Below are positions 10,626-21,302 of a stretch of 64,000 bases of DNA, in pieces. A program made the position numbers and the translations under genes. How positions within the stretch are numbered: the first letter of the stretch is position 1; each line of letters begins with the position of its first letter. The DNA comes from Vulcanimicrobiota bacterium (GTDB taxonomy: Bacteria > Vulcanimicrobiota > Vulcanimicrobiia > Vulcanimicrobiales > Vulcanimicrobiaceae): positions 1 through 64,000 of the forward strand of contig CAVTCS010000005.1 in NCBI GenBank assembly GCA_963733295.1. The letters run 5' to 3'. Below the pieces are notes generated by a model. It did not search any database. It was not told the DNA's origin and saw only the letters and a program-made list of their open reading frames with translations.

Positions 10626-11990
10626 ATGAGACTGTCAGCGCTCCCGCGTCTTGCTCTCTACATTCTCGCTGCGGTTCTGCCGAGTGCGTGCGGGGGTTCG
10701 AATGCGACGCCGCGTCCGGCGCCGACGTATCCGCAGGCGCCGGTCGCCGGCTTCGTCCCGGCTACGGCGGCGCGCGGTACGATCACGCACGTCGTCGTCA
10801 TCGTCCAGGAGAACCGGAGCTTCGACAATTTCTTCCACGGCTTTCCTGGGGCTGACACCGCAAGCCAGGGGAGGACGAGTAACGGCAGCACGGTCGCGCT
10901 GAAACCGATCTCGATCAGCGAGGACTATGACCTCTCGCATGAACTCGTCGACTACAACAACGACTACGACGGCGGCCGGCTCGACGGATTCGACAAGGGT
11001 GCGACCGGAACGATCTACACGGGCGGGATGGGCGGTGGCAGCGACGCTCCGAAGTACCCGCAGTACGCGTACGTCCAGCCCTCGGACACGACCGAGTATT
11101 TCGCGTTGGCCTCAAGTTACGTGCTGGCCGATCGCTTCTTCACCTCGCAAATCGACTCGAGTTTTACCGCCCATCAGTATTTGATCGCGGCGCAAGCGGG
11201 TGGCGCCGTCAACCAGCCGGCCGCGCTGCCGTGGGGTTGCGATACGCCGGCCGGTACGCTCGTTCCGACGCTCACCGCGAAGCGGACTCTCGGTCCGGGC
11301 GAGGTTCCGTGCTTCAACTATCAGACGCTCGGCGACGAACTCGATGCGGCTGGAATCGCGTGGCGCTACTACGCGCCTGCCGTCGGTGGCGACCCGGGAC
11401 AAATCTGGTCGGCCTACGATGCGATCCATCAGATCCGTTACGGGCCGGACTGGACGAGCAACGTGATTTCGCCGGAGACGACGATCTTGACCGACATCGC
11501 CGCGGGAACCCTCGCACCCGTGACGTGGGTCGTTCCCGACCTCGCGAATTCCGATCATCCAGGATCCGGTTCGAGCACCGGTCCCGATTGGGTCAGCAGC
11601 ATCGTCAACGCGGTCGGCACGAGCCCGTTCTGGTCGTCAACGGCAATCGTCATCTTCTGGGACGATTGGGGCGGATTCTACGACCACATGCGGCCGCCGC
11701 AACTCGACGTGGACGGACTCGGTTTCCGCACGCCGATGATGGTCATCTCGCCGTATGCGAAAAGCGGTTACGTTTCGCACGTCCAATATGAGACCGCGAG
11801 CGTCGACCGCTTCATCGAGGGCGTGTTCTCGCTCCCAACACTGAGTGCGGCCGACTCGCGCGCCGCGACGCTCGACGATTGCTTCGACTTCTCGCAGACG
11901 CCCCGGACCTTCGCGACCTTCCACACGCGAACCTCACCGCAAACGCTCATCCGCCGGCCACCCTCGAGCCTGCCGCCCGACACGGACTGA
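10626..11990 (+). CDS. Phosphoesterase / phospholipase C family lipoprotein
   Basis: HVVVIVQENRSFDNFF, SDHP, WDDWGGFYDH, GFRTPMMVISPYAK; lipobox-like PSAC. Confidence 0.9.
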   Translation: MRLSALPRLALYILAAVLPSACGGSNATPRPAPTYPQAPVAGFVPATAARGTITHVVVIVQENRSFDNFFHGFPGADTASQGRTSNGSTVALKPISISEDYDLSHELVDYNNDYDGGRLDGFDKGATGTIYTGGMGGGSDAPKYPQYAYVQPSDTTEYFALASSYVLADRFFTSQIDSSFTAHQYLIAAQAGGAVNQPAALPWGCDTPAGTLVPTLTAKRTLGPGEVPCFNYQTLGDELDAAGIAWRYYAPAVGGDPGQIWSAYDAIHQIRYGPDWTSNVISPETTILTDIAAGTLAPVTWVVPDLANSDHPGSGSSTGPDWVSSIVNAVGTSPFWSSTAIVIFWDDWGGFYDHMRPPQLDVDGLGFRTPMMVISPYAKSGYVSHVQYETASVDRFIEGVFSLPTLSAADSRAATLDDCFDFSQTPRTFATFHTRTSPQTLIRRPPSSLPPDTD

Positions 11991-11994
11991 GATG

Positions 11995-12462
11995 CTACGC
12001 GAGCGCTAGCTCTTTACGGCGGCCCTTCTTAGGGCGTCCACCTTTTTTGCCGTTTTCCCTGACGGCTCGAGTTTTTTTAGGAGTTGACCGGCGGCCGGCG
12101 GCCCGAGCAAATTCCGATCTAATAATCTGACCAAAAACCTCAGATATAAGACCGGGGACATAGATATCTGCATCCAGGGCTGGGAAGCGAAGCGAGTCTC
12201 GCATTGGCGATACTTCAATTCTACGAAGCTGGGCTGGCGTAGCATCAGCAAGCTCTTGGATGGCGCTAATCGGTATAAACACCCCTTCGCCGTCTCTAAA
12301 AATCAATGACAGCGCCCGTCGCCGCATAATCGTTCCGACTGCTGCACGCAAGATCGCCCCCGGAGCATTCGCGATGCTCTCGCCAGCTGCAGTAGCACGC
12401 TCAAACGTAGCCTCGTCTATTTTTTGCGTTTTGATTTTGGATTTGCCCTTGGCTTTGTCCAT
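11995..12462 (-). CDS. DUF2442-domain putative antitoxin (second copy)
   Basis: ELADATPAQLRRIEVSPMRDSLRFPALDADIYVPGL; tail RAVRENGKKGGRPKK. Confidence 0.8.
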   Translation of the reverse strand: MDKAKGKSKIKTQKIDEATFERATAAGESIANAPGAILRAAVGTIMRRRALSLIFRDGEGVFIPISAIQELADATPAQLRRIEVSPMRDSLRFPALDADIYVPGLISEVFGQIIRSEFARAAGRRSTPKKTRAVRENGKKGGRPKKGRRKELALA

Positions 12463-12692
12463 GACATCGTCCCCAACGTTTTAGTTATGGCCCCGTAATT
12501 ATCGACGACGACCTGCATCGCGTCCGCAAGCCCCTTGCGCGAGAATCCGACATTCGACAACACTTCTACTCGTCCACGCTGCACGGCAAAGCGTGCCTCG
12601 CAACCACCCTTTATCACATGGACGTGAGGAGGCAGATGGTCATACGAGTTGACTATGACGTTGAATGCGCCGACGGTTAGTACGGTTGGCAC
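12417..12692 (-). CDS. DUF4160-domain putative toxin (second copy; possible +1 indel near its 3' end)
   Basis: NSYDHLPPHVHV motif; the expected W..HG ending lies in an alternative frame near 12478. Confidence 0.8.
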   Translation of the reverse strand: MPTVLTVGAFNVIVNSYDHLPPHVHVIKGGCEARFAVQRGRVEVLSNVGFSRKGLADAMQVVVDNYGAITKTLGTMSWTKPRANPKSKRKK

Positions 12693-12819
12693 TGCCAAGA
12701 GTATAACCTATCCAGCTAGGTTTAACAACAGGTCTATCGCTGCGCCTGGCAGCCAATCTCTTTCTCTGGTCCATACCACGGAAACAGACGGTGTCGACGG
12801 GGATCTCCCATCCAAGTTT

Positions 12820-14781
12820 TCAGTGGGCGTGGCCGGCGTGGTTGGCGGCTGCCACTGGGATGCTGGCAACGCGCACGGTGTCGCCGAGCAGGGTGGCGGC
12901 ATCGGCGAGGCCAGGTGTTCCGCTTGCCGTCCAGCGCGCGCGGACGTTAGCGCCTCGGTCGAGCATCAGCTCCGTCTCTCCGCCATCCGTGCGCGATCGA
13001 AACAGGCCGAGCGCCGCCCGAACGTCGTCGGAAACCTCGACGGTCAAAGGGGCCTTGGCTGTTGATCGGTCGAGCGCGACCGAAACGACGTGCAAGCCCG
13101 CCGAAGCGAGTTGCGGTTCCAATTTCGCCAATTGCTCGAGTCGCGCACGCGGTGCGGGGGCCGCGAATAAGACGAGCAGGACCGGTCCGTTCTTGAGCGT
13201 CTGACTCAAGGTGTTCTGCGCACCGTTTCGTTCGAAGGCGAAATCCGGAAGCGGCGGTGCGGCCGTCGTGCTGATTTGCGGGCCTACTTCGCCCGTAAGG
13301 ACGCCGGCAGCGCGTGCCAGCAGAAAGTTGATCAGATCCCACCGCTGGTCGGGTTTCAGCTTGTCGGCGAAGCCCGGCATAACCCCATTGTCACGCCCAT
13401 AGCTCACCCACCAGTAAATCTCTCCGACCTTGTGCGCGAACAGGTGCGGTTCGGTCAAATCGGCCGGACGAATAGGAAGTTTGCCGGCATCTGGGCCGTC
13501 GCCGCGACCACCGGCCCCGTGGCACGCGGTGCAGTTCTCGGCATAAAGCGGTGCACCGCGCGCGATGGATGATGCCGCGTAAGGCTGCGTCGAGGCGTAG
13601 AAGCTCGTAGGGTACGCGGCCACGATCCCCGGCCGAAGCCTAACCGAGCCAATACCGAGGAGGACGATGCACGTGATCGAAGCGACGGCCATTCCACGGT
13701 AACGTCTTCTTCCGGCAGCCAGGGCCGCTAACGCAAGACAAAGGACGAACGCGACGGCGACGATGGCGAGCACGGTCTGCCCGCCGGCTGCAATCTCACC
13801 CAAATCGAGCCGGAACGGGAGCGGCCAGCGTGGCTCGGTGTGCAGCCCTGGAGGCAGCACGCCGATGATGCCGACGACGGCAAGCACGAAGACACCGAGG
13901 CTCGCCTCGATCGATGCGTTGTAGCCGAGTTGCCGAACCGCACGCAATCTGAGGGTGGCGTCGTTCGCGACGTCCGCAAGGCGCGGTAGGAGGCGGAGCT
14001 GGTTGGGGCTCGCGACGGCAATCATTACGCCGAACAGCGCGACCTTGACGAGCAAGAGCTGACCGTAAAGCGTGCCGAGCAGCGCCGGAACGCTGCCGGC
14101 CAAGAACCATGTATTCACGAGACCCGTCGCGAGCAACGTTCCTACGCTCGAGAGGCCGAGTTTCGAGAAGCGCAGCGTCGTCGCTTGAGCGACTGTCACC
14201 GCTTCGGGGCTGCCGTCGCCGTGTGCTTGGGAGAGCAAGAGCACCAGCGGCAGAAGCCCACCGAGCCAGGCGCCTGCAGCGAGCAAATGCAAAATATCGG
14301 CGGGCAGATGGATGGCGTCAAACGGCACATCTTCGGCGGCCGCTCCGTGGCCGGCCCATGCCAACGAGGCGATGAAGGCCGAGGCGGCGAGCAATCCGAT
14401 CCAGCCCGCCGCGTGCTTTCGGGTCAGTCCCTGCACCGCGAGACAGCCTGCTAACACGACGACGAGCGCGGCGCGCAGTAACCAGTCTTCGCCGAAGCGC
14501 GTTTGCGTCAACACGACGCCGACGACAGGTCCCTGTACGACCGCGCCGAGCGGCATCCCGCTCATATGCGATGCGACGATAACAAGCCAAGCCACGCCAC
14601 TCGCGAGTGCGACGAGCAGGCTCGCCCAAGCGAGCGGGAAGAGCCGTCGATCCAGCCGCGCTTGAAAGACTTGCGAGGCCTTTGTCCGGTGAAACGCCGG
14701 CCATGCGATCAAACACCAGAAGACAAATATGCCTTCGAGCGACACGGTCGCCGCATAATGGAGTAGGCGCGTCACCGTCAA
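12820..14781 (-). CDS. copD: CopD-family copper-uptake membrane protein fused to cytochrome c and a redoxin-like domain
   Basis: CopD motifs (TRFG, AWAGH, HLLAAGAWLGGL, YGQLLLVK); CTACH heme site; His-rich C terminus HAGHAH. Confidence 0.85.
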   Translation of the reverse strand: MTVTRLLHYAATVSLEGIFVFWCLIAWPAFHRTKASQVFQARLDRRLFPLAWASLLVALASGVAWLVIVASHMSGMPLGAVVQGPVVGVVLTQTRFGEDWLLRAALVVVLAGCLAVQGLTRKHAAGWIGLLAASAFIASLAWAGHGAAAEDVPFDAIHLPADILHLLAAGAWLGGLLPLVLLLSQAHGDGSPEAVTVAQATTLRFSKLGLSSVGTLLATGLVNTWFLAGSVPALLGTLYGQLLLVKVALFGVMIAVASPNQLRLLPRLADVANDATLRLRAVRQLGYNASIEASLGVFVLAVVGIIGVLPPGLHTEPRWPLPFRLDLGEIAAGGQTVLAIVAVAFVLCLALAALAAGRRRYRGMAVASITCIVLLGIGSVRLRPGIVAAYPTSFYASTQPYAASSIARGAPLYAENCTACHGAGGRGDGPDAGKLPIRPADLTEPHLFAHKVGEIYWWVSYGRDNGVMPGFADKLKPDQRWDLINFLLARAAGVLTGEVGPQISTTAAPPLPDFAFERNGAQNTLSQTLKNGPVLLVLFAAPAPRARLEQLAKLEPQLASAGLHVVSVALDRSTAKAPLTVEVSDDVRAALGLFRSRTDGGETELMLDRGANVRARWTASGTPGLADAATLLGDTVRVASIPVAAANHAGHAH

Positions 14782-14796
14782 GAGCAGATCGATTGC

Positions 14797-15174
14797 TCAG
14801 CCCTTCTTGACTTGAAAAGTAAAGTCGCCCTCGGTCGTGTGCGTATCCACCGACAGCGCATGCCATTTCACCGTATACGTCCCGGTCGACAACGGCTTGA
14901 GCTTGACGGTGAGCTCGGATTTATTGCTGGGATCGATCGCGGCAGGCCCGTCATTCATGGAAGCTCCCGATCGATCGGTGATCGTCACCCAACTAAAAGC
15001 CGGCTCGAGTTCTTGCGTGAACCACAAGTGTGCTTCCGTAGGCGGGGCCGGTACCGTGCTGCCCACAGCCGGATCCGCATGGTCGAGGAATGCGTGCGCC
15101 CGAACGGCTGCGGGCGCGATAAGCAGTGCGGCTAGCACGAAGGCCGCCGCGATGAGACGCGTAGTCATTTCCAA
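14797..15174 (-). CDS. copC: CopC periplasmic copper-binding protein
   Basis: Signal peptide then HAFLDHADP; YTVKWHALSVDTHTTEG. Confidence 0.92.
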   Translation of the reverse strand: MEMTTRLIAAAFVLAALLIAPAAVRAHAFLDHADPAVGSTVPAPPTEAHLWFTQELEPAFSWVTITDRSGASMNDGPAAIDPSNKSELTVKLKPLSTGTYTVKWHALSVDTHTTEGDFTFQVKKG

Positions 15175-16076
15175 AGGTTCCTGTTAATGAGAGGTTTGCC
15201 AAACCAGCTTTTATAGTACGCGTCGAGAAACAGGTGAAACTGAATTATGAAGCCGGTGCCCTGACTTTGCCGCGTAGTCTTGTTGGCCGGGACGAGCGCC
15301 TCTGCGCCGACCTGCCAAGTATTGGCGTCGTAGAGTACGCCGGGTGCGAACGTCCCGGTTGGTGGACCGCCGTCCGGGCTGGTCATCGCAAACTCGACGA
15401 TCGGCGTCAAACGCGTTAGGAATTGCGATATGCGCAATGCCTTTACGTTCTGCTGCAGGTAGGGGATCGAATATTGGAACGACGCCGCATAGCTCCACGC
15501 ATTCGGACTCGCGCTCGGCGTATCGGAAAACACGCGGCTCAGTTCGCCAGTGATCGCAATGGGACGCAGGTACCCCGCCGTCAAATCACCCATACCTTTG
15601 CCGAAGTAGAACGTTGGCGCAGTGCTACCGACACTGTCGATGACGCCCCCGTCGCGCAGTTGCGCCGAACCGGTTCCCGGTATTAGGCGGATCAGGCCTA
15701 TCGAAAAGACGAATTCCTCATGCGGGTAGCGCGTGATGCAGGGATGCTGATCCTTGACCGTCACCGTGATGTTGTCCCAGCCGTTGAAGTTCTGGCTTGG
15801 GCTCTGTTGCGTGACATAGCCACCATTGATGGCGAAGCCTAAATCTTCGGTGATGGTCTTGTCCCATTCGTACCCGTAGCTGTTGCTTTCACTGGATGGC
15901 GTCGGCGTGAGCATGATGGTCGGCAGTGAGACCTCGTCGCTCACTCCAGGATCGTCCATGGTCAGCGTGGTGGGGAACACGCGGTCCCCGCAAACGACGT
16001 GCGCTTGAGCAGCCGAATGCATCACGAAGATGAATGCGGCGGCAGGCAGGATCGCACGAAAAGCCGTGCGTTTCAT
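15165..16076 (-). CDS. Secreted / outer-membrane beta-barrel-like protein in the cop operon
   Basis: Signal peptide AQA|H, GDRVFPTTL..DDP N terminus, alternating aromatic beta strands, QFHLFLD ending; GGAGG RBS. Confidence 0.65.
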   Translation of the reverse strand: MKRTAFRAILPAAAFIFVMHSAAQAHVVCGDRVFPTTLTMDDPGVSDEVSLPTIMLTPTPSSESNSYGYEWDKTITEDLGFAINGGYVTQQSPSQNFNGWDNITVTVKDQHPCITRYPHEEFVFSIGLIRLIPGTGSAQLRDGGVIDSVGSTAPTFYFGKGMGDLTAGYLRPIAITGELSRVFSDTPSASPNAWSYAASFQYSIPYLQQNVKALRISQFLTRLTPIVEFAMTSPDGGPPTGTFAPGVLYDANTWQVGAEALVPANKTTRQSQGTGFIIQFHLFLDAYYKSWFGKPLINRNLWK

Positions 16077-16150
16077 CCAAGAAACCTCCCAAAACGGTTG
16101 CAGCTATGAAAAGCCGTACACCGGCATAGCAGCCGTGTGCGGCTTGGGCC

Positions 16151-16714
16151 TTAACCGATAATGGGAGGCGGCCGCTGGAAGCGCCAAATGCCGGCGCAGA
16201 CCGCAAGCCGCAGAGGCGGCTGCACGAGGTCTGCGGGCAATCGTCTCATGGCGCTGCACGCGTTTTTCGCGCGACGCAAATACGTCGCCAGGACTGGTGC
16301 AACGTAGCGCTCGGCGAACGAAATCAGGAAAAATACGAAGGCCGCGATCGCGAGCGCCGTCAATGCCTCGATGCCGAAGCTAACAGCGTCCGGCGCATTA
16401 CCTTCACAGAACTCGAGCGCAGCGAAACCAGCGACCTGCAGCGTCGCGAGTCTGACGTACCAGGCCAGGGAGGACGGCGCTTCCCCCACTGCGCGATTGC
16501 TGGGAACGGCTACTAGGCGCACCACCGCGACGATGCTGCAAAGCAACACCGAGGCGATCGCAATCGCCAGAAACGGCGAAAAGTAGGCGTGGTGGCCATC
16601 GTCCATCGTCCGGCCCCGGAAGAGGTACGTGACGACATGACCGGCCAGCGTCCCGCACGCGGCGACGCTGATAAGCCTTACTATCCTAGAAGCGCGTCGC
16701 AAGCAAGCTGACAC
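16151..16714 (-). CDS. Small membrane protein with C-terminal RPPP motif (DUF2946/CruR/CutF-like leader)
   Basis: Four hydrophobic segments, GH..Y and GHHAY histidines, ends RFQRPPPIIG; first gene of the cop operon. Confidence 0.6.
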   Translation of the reverse strand: MSACLRRASRIVRLISVAACGTLAGHVVTYLFRGRTMDDGHHAYFSPFLAIAIASVLLCSIVAVVRLVAVPSNRAVGEAPSSLAWYVRLATLQVAGFAALEFCEGNAPDAVSFGIEALTALAIAAFVFFLISFAERYVAPVLATYLRRAKNACSAMRRLPADLVQPPLRLAVCAGIWRFQRPPPIIG

Positions 16715-16905
16715 TCTCAGACAGATGGCTGGGCGGTTTGACGGCGGGCGGACTCTTCACGATTTCCACGATCACCATTCAGCACGCGCGGCAGGCGGTA
16801 CTTCGTACTGCCGACGTTGCGCCGGAACGTTCGCGAGCAGGCGGAGCGTTCCCCTCGACTCACAACATGTGAGGCAGGCGCTGCACGTCTTGCCGAGGTC
16901 TTTCG

Positions 16906-17466
16906 TCAGATGTAACCGCGCTGCACGTCGCGCATCGTCCATGTCGCGATCTGCGGGCTGAAATCGCGAAAATATTGCTGCTGCGCCCAAGCTTTCAGCT
17001 CGGCGTGGTTCGGATGCCGCGGATCTCTGAGTGCGGCAAGAAGCTCCTTATAGCCCGGCGCACCTCCGCAATCTTCCGGAGGACAAGGTTCTGCGCCGTC
17101 GATGCAGATCGGGTACTGCTTCCGGAACTCGGTTGGTTCGTCTCCCTCGATTTCGACGAGGTGTTCCCAGTGATCGCCGAAGTCGTAAACATACCTGAAT
17201 TGCGTTGGAATCTTCGCGAAGAGCCGGCTGAGCGTGTAGCGACGCGCGTCGTAAACCTTCCGGCCCCACTCGGGATCGGGTAAACCATACGTTCGCTCGT
17301 CGATCGTGAAGGCGAACAGATGCTGATCGCGCCAGCCCATTGCGGCCTGAAGGTAGCGATGCAACATCGCGAGCTTTGTCTCCGGACGAACCAAGATAAT
17401 GCGCCAGACGATCGGCATCACGCCGACGAGCTTCACGTTGAGCCGCCAGACCAGACGCTGAGCCAT
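16906..17466 (-). CDS. Plasmid pRiA4b ORF-3 family protein
   Basis: IVWRIILV, LH..LQAAMGW.D.HL, YVYDFGDHWEH, CPPEDCGG..GY. Confidence 0.92.
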   Translation of the reverse strand: MAQRLVWRLNVKLVGVMPIVWRIILVRPETKLAMLHRYLQAAMGWRDQHLFAFTIDERTYGLPDPEWGRKVYDARRYTLSRLFAKIPTQFRYVYDFGDHWEHLVEIEGDEPTEFRKQYPICIDGAEPCPPEDCGGAPGYKELLAALRDPRHPNHAELKAWAQQQYFRDFSPQIATWTMRDVQRGYI

Positions 17467-17496
17467 TACTTCGGAGCCTCAGCCATCTTGTGAGCG

Positions 17497-18006
17497 CTAG
17501 GCGAGTTTCCGAAGCTCGTCAAGGATCTGTTGCTCGTCCGGATACTCTGAGATCTTGTGCACGTCGATGTAACGGATCACGCCTTGCTTGTCGATGACGA
17601 AGATCGCGCGCTCGGACATCCCCTCGGCGCGGAGGATGCCGTAGCGTTCGGCAACCGCTCCGTGCGGGAAGAAGTCGCTGAGCAGCGGGTAGCTGAAGCC
17701 ACCGTGGCTGTCGGCCCACGCTTTGTTGGCGTACGTGCTATCGATCGAAATGCCGACGACTTCGGCGCCCAGTCCGGCGAAGCGCTCGAGATGTTCCTCG
17801 ACCGCCGGCATCTGCGCCGAGCACGTCGGCGAAAACGCAAAGGGATAGAACGCCAGCACGACGTTAGCCTTTCCCTTGCGGTCGGAGAGCTTCCAGGTTT
17901 CACCGGTGTGCGTCTTGAGCTCAAAATCCGGCGCTGGATCGCCTGCCTTGAGCGTCTTGGTGGAATCGGCGAGGGACGTGCGCCCACCCGCGGCTGCGCT
18001 GCTCAT
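17497..18006 (-). CDS. Peroxiredoxin (AhpE/Tsa-like, 1-Cys)
   Basis: [38 protein letters not shown]. Confidence 0.9.
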   Translation of the reverse strand: MSSAAAGGRTSLADSTKTLKAGDPAPDFELKTHTGETWKLSDRKGKANVVLAFYPFAFSPTCSAQMPAVEEHLERFAGLGAEVVGISIDSTYANKAWADSHGGFSYPLLSDFFPHGAVAERYGILRAEGMSERAIFVIDKQGVIRYIDVHKISEYPDEQQILDELRKLA

Positions 18007-18131
18007 GTTTGCCTCCTGAAGGGCCGCCTAGCGCTTGAACGCCAAGAATATGAAACTCACTCCACGGCATCCTGCCGTTGTCGGATTAACGGTAGAAATC
18101 TTGGGGATCTAGTCAAATCGGAGGCAGAATC

Positions 18132-18407
18132 GTGGCTCGCAAAGTTCGGAGAACCGCAGTCAAGAAAGTCCCTCTTTCTGAGGTTAAGGCCGATCTTTCG
18201 CGCTATCTCCGCGAAGCCGAAAAGCAAGAGATCGTCATTACGCGCCACGGGAAACCGGCAGGCGTGCTCATCGGCTTTGAGTCAGAGGAGGAATGGCTCG
18301 ACTATCGCCTTGAGAACGACCCGCGCTTCTTGCAACGCATCGAGCGCGCAAGAGAGAATCTTCGCCGAGGCCGCGGAGTGCGGCTCGAGAAGATCGAGAG
18401 GGGCTAG
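18132..18407 (+). CDS. Phd/YefM family antitoxin (no adjacent toxin)
   Basis: SEVKADLSRYLREAEKQEIVITRHGKPAGVL. Confidence 0.88.
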   Translation: MARKVRRTAVKKVPLSEVKADLSRYLREAEKQEIVITRHGKPAGVLIGFESEEEWLDYRLENDPRFLQRIERARENLRRGRGVRLEKIERG

Positions 18408-18463
18408 GCCGGGACGAGCCCCGTCGCGTTAAAGCCCCTTGCGTCTCGAAAATCTGGTGAGCC

Positions 18464-19976
18464 TCACGTTGTCGGTTTCGGAGCGCTATTGTACCTGAAC
18501 CAGATCGAATGGTTTGCGCAATCGAACCACCACTCGAAGACGGCCAGCACGTTGGCCCCGATGATCCCGTCGAGCGGCGCCTCGATCGTGTTACCGGCGT
18601 TGGTTCGTTCGACCGCGATCGACTCGCCGGTTACCTTTACGTGACCGATCAGCACGTCGCCCTTGATGTCGTCAACGATGACAGGCCCTTCGAGATAGTT
18701 CATCGCGTAGGGCTTGGCGTGCTGGACTGAAAGTTCGTTTGCGTTCGCCCCGTCGCGCTCCCAAAAATAACGCAAAAGCACGACCTGCGCCGAACCGGTA
18801 TCCAACGCGAAGTTCGTTCCCGAGACGGTGCCGACGGTTGCGCGAACGACCGGCATCCCGGCACTGCAATCGGTGTCGAGGTGGAACGCGTGCTCGGCGA
18901 CCGGATCCGGCACCTTGTCGAGCACGCTCACTTGACCGTTCGGGTAGTCGACGTGCACGACGCGATTCGCGAACAGATCGTACCCGACGATTGCCTGGGC
19001 GGTAAACCGGCCCAGATCCGTCGTTTGTATGGCGACGCCGTGCAGGTGAATGTTGCCTAGCGAGAGCTCGGTGACGATTCCGTGTCCGAGAAACGTGTGA
19101 ATTCCGTATCGGTGCGCGAGGCCGCCATCGATGAGGATCTGGGTGGTCCCTGAATCGAGGATGAAGTCGGTTGCGCGTCCTTCGAGCGTGCCGGTCGTGA
19201 CGACGGCCACACCGCCATACCGGAAAGCCGCTGCTACCTTCGTTTCACCGGGCGGCACGGCGTCGAACATCGTCACCTTCGAGGGTGGCCGCGCGACGTC
19301 GCTCTGTGAGACCGGCAGCGCTTGAACGGAAAGCAGCGTGACCTCTTCGGTTTGGCCGGTTCCGCTGGCGATCCAATGATAGGCGCGCCGCGTCGCCGTC
19401 CACTTCGCGGATGTCGCTGAAGTCGAGTTTTACGACGACCGATCCGTCGCGCCACGTCTCGCGCACGAGATCGCCCGAGGTTCGATCGATGTAGAACCAA
19501 TGCGGCACATCGTGAGCGGGATGATATTCGACGACCCAGGCCGGCTTCGGCACCTCCGCTGCACCCGCGAGCGTGCAGTCTTGCGGAGCAAAAGGGAGAT
19601 CGGCAAGCGGCCAGCGGTCGAGATCATCGCCTTGGACGTCGATCGAGATTGTCCGCGTCACCCCGTTCGGCGTGCGCCGCCAACGGACACCGGAATCGCG
19701 GCCCGATGCGAAGGCGCCGCCATCGATCGTGGTGACCGCCTTGAAATCTGCTCCGCGCACGGTTCGCTCGGAGGTAACGCGCTCGCCGCCCGCGACCAGC
19801 GCGTAGCGTTCGACACGCTGCGCGTAGGCCGGATTCGCGCTACCGCTCGCCTTTGCGTACAGCGCGAGTACCGCGGCGAGGGACTCGCTCGCGGGCGCGA
19901 TTCCGGGCGGCTCCCAGTGCCCGTCTCGCGCGTTGGCCGGACCGATAACGAGCCCGCACTGCACGAGCGCGCACAA
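18464..19976 (-). CDS. Secreted protein with two retropepsin-like aspartic protease domains (apparent frameshift ~19395)
   Basis: FILDSG...GYD and FALDTG...DGIIG motifs; the two ORFs join via TRRAYHWIASG after one indel; start uncertain. Confidence 0.75.
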
Positions 19977-20100
19977 CGTAAGGACACGAAGAAACGGGAA
20001 ACGAGCGATCGGAGATTCCTTTTTGATTCGGAGATATGCTAGACGGCCTTAGCCGGGATCTCCTCGATTGTGAGCTTGGCGAAGCGCTTAAAATTTCATG

Positions 20101-20818
20101 TTACTTCGGAGCGGGCGAACCGTCGGACCAATGGGACACCGGAATATCGATCGTCACCGGCTCGTACTGGCGATACGCAGATGTCGGGGGCCCGAGGATC
20201 GGCGAGCCCTTGAAACCCGGTCTCCACGGGACGTTAGCGGCCCACGTGGTCAGTTGGTCGTACGCGATGAACGGCATGACGTGCGGACGCCACGGTCCGT
20301 CCGCACCGAGTAGGTAGCCTTCTTTCGACATCATGAACGCAAACGAATCGGGAGCGGGGTCGGTGAATTGGTGGTCGGCGTAGGCGGCTTTCGACTTCGC
20401 GGCGATCTCTTCGCGCGTAGCACCCGCGATGGCCCACTTCGTCCGCGCCAGGTACTGCGGGAGTACACTTCGCACGGCTGGGGGATTGAGGCACGCTGGC
20501 CCGCGACCACGCCAATTCCAAAACTCGGAATCATCGAGACCCGCCATCCACGAGCGTCCGACAAAACAGACCCAGCCGTTACTGCCCTTGGCTGTAACGA
20601 CGTAACCTTTTGTGGTTAGCACGAGGGCCTCGGCATCGGCCGAGACCGACGGCGGCGCCGCAGTCCGAGCTAAGGCGATTTCGGCGGCAGCACTCGGCAT
20701 CAAGTACTTCGCGATCGGCGCCATCGTGGGATACGGATCGGCCTGCGGCGCTTGGCCATACGCAGCGGCGCTCGACGCAAGCAACGAGGCAAGGAGCAAG
20801 AGACGCGACGTTCTTCAT
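20101..20818 (-). CDS. Secreted hypothetical protein (1-nt indel in signal peptide ~20800)
   Basis: GGAGG RBS and ATG at 20818 (MKNVA) lie out of frame with LLLASLLASSAAAYGQ...; EIALARTAAP, GSNGWVC and MMSK..YL look like family motifs. Confidence 0.7.
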
Positions 20819-20951
20819 GGGCCCTCCTAAAGCAGAGCTTAGGAGACTTCCCCGGCCCCGTTCGAACGCCCCCGAGTTGTTAACCACTCGAGGGCCTGCT
20901 TCTAAACAGCGATGCGCTTTTCGTTGATAAACTGAAGTTCTCTAATTCTGC

Positions 20952-21128
20952 TTAGGGGCTCGATCCAATGCGAAGAACACCGCGCTCGCCACCCATGTTC
21001 CGGACATCAATCTGCCAGTTACCAGCTACGGAAGGTTCGTGCGAGGCGGCTGTGGCACAGCCGACCAACATCGCAAGGCCCGATACGGACAAGCCGGCGA
21101 ACCCGAAGAGTTTCCTCAACCCCTTCAT
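20952..21128 (-). CDS. Short lipoprotein-like ORF, probably a gene fragment
   Basis: MKGLRKLFGFAGLSVSGLAMLVGC...VAGNW then an early stop (58 aa). Confidence 0.3.
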   Translation of the reverse strand: MKGLRKLFGFAGLSVSGLAMLVGCATAASHEPSVAGNWQIDVRNMGGERGVLRIGSSP

Positions 21129-21302
21129 AGTAGCAGAAAACCACCGAACTGGCGGAGCGATCGCGGCTGACGTCGAGATGACACTGCAGAAGCAAGAGCA
21201 CGGTTAGGAGATCACCTGTGACGTCATTTTGCCAAGAGCCTTTCCGCTCAAGCCCGGCGTAAAGACTCTAAACCCGTTCGTTGGTAAGATGGGTCCACAG
21301 CC

